NCBI GenBank assembly: GCA_019057815.1
Contig: JAHLWR010000002.1
Coordinates: 128,001-192,000, forward strand
Length of the DNA stretch: 64,000 nt
Reading direction: 5' to 3'
Source of the DNA: Candidatus Heimdallarchaeota archaeon
GTDB taxonomy: Archaea > Asgardarchaeota > Heimdallarchaeia > Heimdallarchaeales > Heimdallarchaeaceae
The notes beneath the pieces are model-generated. The model was not told the origin of the DNA and ran no database searches. It saw only the letters and a list, made by a program, of their open reading frames with translations. A program made the position numbers and the translations under genes. Positions 59,120-64,000 of the stretch are shown in pieces. Every line of letters starts with the position of its first letter. The first letter of the stretch is position 1.

Positions 59120-59226
59120 ATAATAAAAATTGTTGCATATGTAAGAAAAAAAGCAGTAAAAAAGTAGAATTGAAACATTTTAAGTAACTTTTTTGTAAAT
59201 ATAGTAAACCATTTTATTAGTTAACC

Positions 59227-59242
59227 AACGAAAATTTTATTA
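59227..59242 (+). promoter_or_regulatory. BRE-TATA promoter of tRNA-Lys(TTT)
   Basis: AACGAAAATTTTATTA, matching the element upstream of tRNA-Lys(CTT). Confidence 0.6.
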
Positions 59243-59288
59243 GACTTTGAAGAAAAATGAAGATAACACGATAAATCATGAATTTTTT

Positions 59289-59365
59289 GGGCTAGTAGCT
59301 CAGCTAGGCAGAGCAGCAGGCTTTTAACCTGATGGCCGCCGGTTCAAATCCGGCTTAGCCCGCCA
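59289..59365 (+). tRNA. tRNA-Lys(TTT), no intron, CCA encoded
   Basis: Acceptor GGGCTAG/TTAGCCC, D-arm GCTC/GAGC with G15, anticodon loop CTTTTAA, T-arm GCCGG-TTCAAAT-CCGGC, GCCA end. Confidence 0.95.
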
Positions 59366-59474
59366 AAACACTCTTTTAATGGATTTGTTCGATGGAAAAT
59401 TAGTTAATTTATTCTATGATAACATATTCTTTTTATGTTGTTTAAATTCCGTTAAACTAAACAAGGTGCATGAA

Positions 59475-61373
59475 TTGAGATTTTTTCAGCCTATTTCACA
59501 ATATGGATTTGCGAGAACATTAGTTGAAACACGCACCCAATTCCCATTATCACCAGGGATTATTTCAATAGAGGATACCATTCTATCCAGTGGTTATTCA
59601 GCTTCTTTCAAATTACCATTTCCACCCGATTTTAGTAATAAAAAAGAAAAAGAAATCTATCTCTCTTGGAATATTCCAGAAAAGCTGAAATCGAAAGCAC
59701 TTTCAAACGACTTTGTTTTATCTATTCAACCATTTTATCCCTCATCAATAGACAAATCAATTTCTGAAGATGATCTGATATCATATATTAACTCTTTTCT
59801 TGACTTACCATCAAAATATAAACAAATATTCACACTTCCTTATACGTTCATAGATCATCCCATCATTGAACAGATTTTAGACACAGAGTGTTCACTTGTA
59901 ATATTATCCGGTTTCCAAAATCTTTTCAACAATCAACGTAGGCTAGCTGAAACGTTTATATCTCTTAGAGAAAATCTCTCACCAGATATCGCTCTCTATA
60001 TTCCAGGTCCTGTATCTCCCTCTCATTATTCATTCCTTATATATTCTGGTATTGATTTCTTTGACAATTCGATTGCTTATTATATTTCACAAAATGGTAA
60101 ATTTCTATTGAATGATGGCACATATAAATTAACATCACACCCTAATTGTTATTGCCCACATTGTTTCAACTCTCCACCAGATGTTTTCAAACATAATGAA
60201 CTTATTCTTAAGAATTCCATGTCTAGAATTCAGTTCGCTCTTGGGAATGGAACACTCAGAAATCTAGTAGAAAAAGACGTTCACAATTCTGTTACTTTAG
60301 CTGCTACTCTACGATATTATGATAAAAAATACTCTATTTCTTTCCAAAAAAGAATACCATTAGCATCTAAATCTAAAGTTGAATGTATAGGAGAAGAATC
60401 TCTTTTTCGACCGGAAGTTATGGAATACAGGAAGAGGATAGAAACACGCTTTAAACCCGTTCCCTCCTCTAAACTGATTTTATTACTCCCTTGTTCAGCT
60501 AGGAAACCATATTCTCTCTCAAAATCTCATATGGTTTTCAATAGATCTGTTAGTAGAGGTGGTAAAGGAATATTTTCTATTCTCTCTGAATTAATATTGA
60601 CGTCTCCTCTTTCACTCGTCCCCAGAGAATTAGAACAAACTTTTCCAGCAAAGAATTATGATATCCCCGTAACAGGAGAGTGGTCCACCGAGGAAATCGA
60701 TGTTACAGCTAAACTTCTGGAAAAAGTTTTAGCAAAATATCCAGAAGATGCAATTATTATCAACCATACATGTGGTAAGAGTTATTCAGAAATTGTCAAA
60801 AAGGCAACTTTATCACATAATTACGAAGTCTATAATACATCACTAGAATCCCCCCCCACAAGCTATAAATCACTGGAAAACCTATCAAAAATCTTACACA
60901 AAATAAGATCTGAAACTAGATTTGATGAAATAAATAAATTATCACATTACGCAAGACGTTTTCAAGCTATAGCAGATTACCAATATGGCCCAGGGACAGG
61001 AAAAATACTCTTCCCTTCAGGTATAAAAGTAAAAGGAAAATATCCAAGAAATTTGAATGTATTCTACGATAAGAAACAAGTAGCAACTTTTCGTACAGCT
61101 GAAGGATTACTCTCTATTTCGCCAGAACATGCACAATTAATTGTTGAGCATTCTCTTGTAAAATTAGAATTTGGTGCGGAGAAAATAGTGGGAAGCAGTA
61201 TTTTTGCTCCAGGAGTATTAAAAGCAGATAATACTATTTTACCCAAAGACGAGGTTCTGATAATTCATGCAGGTGAAGTTATAGGAACAGCTATTTCACT
61301 AGTTTCAGGAGTAGATATGAATAAAATGAGTTCAGGAAGTGTTGCAAAAGTAAAGAAGAAAAGGAAGGTATGA
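59475..61373 (+). CDS. arcS: Archaeosine synthase subunit alpha (lysine transferase)
   Basis: TGT-like N-terminal half with CYCPHC..HN zinc site, LLPCSARKPYS.SKSH, TSPLSLVPRELE..YDIPVTGEW, C-terminal PUA (IFAPGV). Start placed at TTG 59475 behind AGGTG (track start 59379). Confidence 0.9.
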   Translation: MRFFQPISQYGFARTLVETRTQFPLSPGIISIEDTILSSGYSASFKLPFPPDFSNKKEKEIYLSWNIPEKLKSKALSNDFVLSIQPFYPSSIDKSISEDDLISYINSFLDLPSKYKQIFTLPYTFIDHPIIEQILDTECSLVILSGFQNLFNNQRRLAETFISLRENLSPDIALYIPGPVSPSHYSFLIYSGIDFFDNSIAYYISQNGKFLLNDGTYKLTSHPNCYCPHCFNSPPDVFKHNELILKNSMSRIQFALGNGTLRNLVEKDVHNSVTLAATLRYYDKKYSISFQKRIPLASKSKVECIGEESLFRPEVMEYRKRIETRFKPVPSSKLILLLPCSARKPYSLSKSHMVFNRSVSRGGKGIFSILSELILTSPLSLVPRELEQTFPAKNYDIPVTGEWSTEEIDVTAKLLEKVLAKYPEDAIIINHTCGKSYSEIVKKATLSHNYEVYNTSLESPPTSYKSLENLSKILHKIRSETRFDEINKLSHYARRFQAIADYQYGPGTGKILFPSGIKVKGKYPRNLNVFYDKKQVATFRTAEGLLSISPEHAQLIVEHSLVKLEFGAEKIVGSSIFAPGVLKADNTILPKDEVLIIHAGEVIGTAISLVSGVDMNKMSSGSVAKVKKKRKV

Positions 61374-61377
61374 TAAG

Positions 61378-62439
61378 TTGAAATTCAACCCTAAATTCGC
61401 AAAACTAATAAAATCAACACGAGAATCATTTTTAGCAAAACGTTCTCATACTAGAAAACTCATTTACTGGGAAGAAAACCACCGCCTTCGTGATGGCCCA
61501 GGAAAAGCCCTTGTTTTTATAATCCCCACCCGAGGTTGTTCTTGGGCTATGTCCAAAAGTGGAGGGTGCTCAATATGTGGATATTTATATGATAATCCTG
61601 AACAACCAGATTTTGAAAAAATTGTTGAGAGCTTTGATAAAATTATAAGAGAATGTATCCAAAATAATCAAATTCATTCAATCAAACTTTTTACCAGTGG
61701 AAGTATATTGGACTCAAAGGAAATGCCAAGAAATGTTCTCAAAGCAATTCTTTCCACTCTTAAAAAATATAATGAAATAGAAGAAGTTGTATTAGAATCC
61801 CGCCCAGAGTACATAACAGACCAAGTTCTAGAGCAAATAGATTCTAACATCGATATTTCAAAAATCGAAATCGCAATAGGGCTCGAAAGTGCTAATAATA
61901 AAATCTTAAAAGATTCAATAAATAAAGGTTTTTTGTGGGAGGATTTTGAGAGAGTTGTACCAAGAATTTTGGATAATGGTGCAAAAGTAAAAGCTTATCT
62001 TCTATTCAAACCTCCATTTATTTCAGAATATGATTCAATTGTGGACATTATGGAGTCTGTGGAAAAATGTGTTCAGTTGGATATTGATACAGTTTCAATA
62101 AATTCAATAAGTATCCACAGAGGGACTTTCTTATCGGAACTATTTGATAGGAGAGTGTATAGAACACCTTGGCTCAGATCTCTGACTTATTTGTGCAAAA
62201 AAATAAAATTGGAATTTCCTAGTTTACGTGTAATATGTGACCCTGTTTCAGGAGGTAACGAAAGAGGAGCGCACAATTGTGGAGACTGTGATAAGTCATT
62301 TATTGATGCTCTAAAAGAATTTACTTTGACACAGGATATAGCTGTCTTTAACAAAATTCAGAATTGTAGTTGCAAAAGTGATTGGAAAAGCTATCTCATT
62401 CACGAGAAAATTAGTAACAAAGAAGTGGTTTTACCTTAG
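61378..62439 (+). CDS. Archaeosine biosynthesis radical SAM enzyme RaSEA (TIGR01210-like)
   Basis: PTRGCSWA..GGCSICGY, KLFTSGS, ESRPEY, IGLESAN, KAYLLFKPPF, RGAHNCGDCD. Directly after arcS. Confidence 0.9.
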   Translation: MKFNPKFAKLIKSTRESFLAKRSHTRKLIYWEENHRLRDGPGKALVFIIPTRGCSWAMSKSGGCSICGYLYDNPEQPDFEKIVESFDKIIRECIQNNQIHSIKLFTSGSILDSKEMPRNVLKAILSTLKKYNEIEEVVLESRPEYITDQVLEQIDSNIDISKIEIAIGLESANNKILKDSINKGFLWEDFERVVPRILDNGAKVKAYLLFKPPFISEYDSIVDIMESVEKCVQLDIDTVSINSISIHRGTFLSELFDRRVYRTPWLRSLTYLCKKIKLEFPSLRVICDPVSGGNERGAHNCGDCDKSFIDALKEFTLTQDIAVFNKIQNCSCKSDWKSYLIHEKISNKEVVLP

Positions 62440-62449
62440 GTTAATGAAG

Positions 62450-63415
62450 CTAGATTGAATTATGTATTGCTTGATTTATTCTACTGGAAATTCTACTCAG
62501 TATGGGACCTAGAAGAACCAAATTAACCTCTTTTTTTGCTATAATGTAGAGAAAGTGGTCAGCATCCATAGGTGTAAAAGTTAACTTATAATTTTCAGCT
62601 ATTTCTAGAACATTTTCAAGATTTTCATCTTTCATTATCGCTATAATATCCTCTAAATATTTTCGTATAACCTTCATGGTTCCATCAACATAGTGTTCTG
62701 TCAATTCACCATCATGAAAATAGACTTTTGCATTTGTATTATCATGCTCAACAATAATTAAATGAGAGATTCCTTTGAAACTATGTCGAAGTGAGTATGT
62801 AAGGTTGGTCAACACTTCCTTCTGCCCTTTACCAGCAGATTTTTCTTTCAGTGGAAGAATTTCTTCCTTTGGGGAGATAAGCAATTCCTCTTCTGAAGAA
62901 GAGGATTCTTTTTTTGTGTCTGCTACAACCTCTTGACGTTTTTGTTTTAACTTATCCTGCTCTGCTTTAACATCTTTAAAAAGATCATCTACAACTTTTT
63001 CGAAAGCAGATGAAGCACCTGAAAAGACTTCAGACTGATTATGAGAGTAGAATTTTAATCTAGACTTTTCTTCAAAAAACTCTACTATTGCTTTAAGAAG
63101 AGTTCTTGCTTTCTTTATATCACTAATTCTGTGATTAAGAACAAATACAATATCAAGGTATTTATTAAATGTTATACTCGAACGCGAGAGAACAATTGTA
63201 CCATGGTTAGAAATTTTGGTTTCTTCAGCAAATGAACAAATAGCTTTAACTACATTTTTTAAGATCAGTTGGGGACAAAATTCATTGTTAAATACTCGCT
63301 CCTTTAATATTTCTCCATCACTATTGCCCAAAAAGAATCCATATATCGATGCAGCATTTGATAAAAGTATGTTCTTAATATCAGTCGTAATTATCCCCTT
63401 TAAAATTACTAACAC
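62450..63415 (-). CDS. Hypothetical protein with longin/roadblock-like N- and C-terminal domains and acidic linker
   Basis: IYGFFLGNSDGEILKER..VKAICSFAEE pattern; C-terminal beta-alpha unit FLYIIAKKEVNLVLL. Confidence 0.55.
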   Translation of the reverse strand: MLVILKGIITTDIKNILLSNAASIYGFFLGNSDGEILKERVFNNEFCPQLILKNVVKAICSFAEETKISNHGTIVLSRSSITFNKYLDIVFVLNHRISDIKKARTLLKAIVEFFEEKSRLKFYSHNQSEVFSGASSAFEKVVDDLFKDVKAEQDKLKQKRQEVVADTKKESSSSEEELLISPKEEILPLKEKSAGKGQKEVLTNLTYSLRHSFKGISHLIIVEHDNTNAKVYFHDGELTEHYVDGTMKVIRKYLEDIIAIMKDENLENVLEIAENYKLTFTPMDADHFLYIIAKKEVNLVLLGPILSRISSRINQAIHNSI

Positions 63416-63514
63416 TCTAGAATATCTTTTTTTTGGTTATAACAATATTCGAATTAACTTTGCTATGAAGAATTAAACAAAACAACTTTAAACTTGTCCC
63501 GTTATGTGTTAAAT

Positions 63515-64000
63515 ATGGATAAGGAAGCTTCATTAGATGAAAATCTTTTCACAGAAACCGATTACAAAATCTATGGCTTTCTATGTAAACAGGGTTTTGC
63601 TACAGTTAAGGAAGTATCAAAAGCGTTGAAAATACCTAGTTCTTCTGTGCAAGCACTGGTAGAAAAATTGTATAGGGCAAATTGGTTAAAACAAGATGGT
63701 AGCAGTAGGAAATATCATGTTAATTTACTAAAAATCCCTAATAATTCAACAAACAACCTGCTTAAAGAATACCAAAATAATAGAAAAAAGGAAGAAGATT
63801 TCGTTCTAAAAACATCTACTAGTTTAACTGAGGCCACAACAGCCGCTAATAATCATTTAACAAAATCCATGGAGAATCTTTTTAATGAATCAGATTCATT
63901 AGGAGGAAATCTTGTTGAAGAAATAATATCACAGATTAGTAAGTTTGAAAATAACCGGCTTCGTGCTTTTGGATCATATAGAATTAACTTAGATTCCTTC
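63515..64000 (+). CDS. TrmB-like winged-helix protein with helical extension, 3' truncated by the window edge
   Basis: Hand translation from ATG 63515: MDKEASLDENLFTETDYKIYGFLCKQGFATVKEVSKALKIPSSSVQALVEKLYRANWLKQ. Open to 64000 and absent from the ORF track. Confidence 0.75.
   Translation, partial: MDKEASLDENLFTETDYKIYGFLCKQGFATVKEVSKALKIPSSSVQALVEKLYRANWLKQDGSSRKYHVNLLKIPNNSTNNLLKEYQNNRKKEEDFVLKTSTSLTEATTAANNHLTKSMENLFNESDSLGGNLVEEIISQISKFENNRLRAFGSYRINLDSF

Noticed and set aside
43411-59356. Direct repeat GCCGGTTCAAATCCGGC 16 kb apart suggesting attL/attR of an integrated element
   Set aside because: Both copies are T-arms of complete tRNA-Lys genes. The interval holds housekeeping genes and no integrase.

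Overview
Low-GC archaeal chromosomal segment, most consistent with an Asgard archaeon, probably Heimdallarchaeia-like. The lineage call is inferred from roadblock, longin-like, Rab-like and MglA-like GTPase genes, a divergent stand-alone EF-2, a BHB-intron tRNA and archaeosine genes. The first 27 kb are dominated by two co-oriented paralogous membrane gene clusters with the order [accessory membrane proteins]-DUF4129-DUF4350-MoxR AAA+-DUF58/vWA-membrane protein. They are separated only by thyX and a candidate ~100-nt structured RNA. Cluster 1 carries a transglutaminase-fold membrane protein that lacks its catalytic triad and a 1235-aa receptor-like surface protein. Cluster 2 carries a PrsW-type intramembrane protease fused to zinc ribbons and a miniature mucin-stalk version of the receptor. 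This pair is the best candidate for an undescribed system (envelope assembly or sensing). The rest is housekeeping and Asgard signature genes: CofE/FrhB-like, a CBS-HPF hibernation-factor-like fusion, longin+Rab+Cdc48, FEN1, PIMT, MglB/MglA, Trm5, UppS, a GPN GTPase, a prenyl synthase, translin, RibL/RibK and ArcS/RaSEA. There are also two tRNA-Lys genes, one intact ISH3-like IS with TIRs and a GTAC target duplication, and two paralogous beta-helix surface proteins. Two edge-truncated CDSs (1..1464 minus, 63515..64000 plus) are missing from the supplied ORF track. All family calls come from motif recognition by eye; no searches were run.
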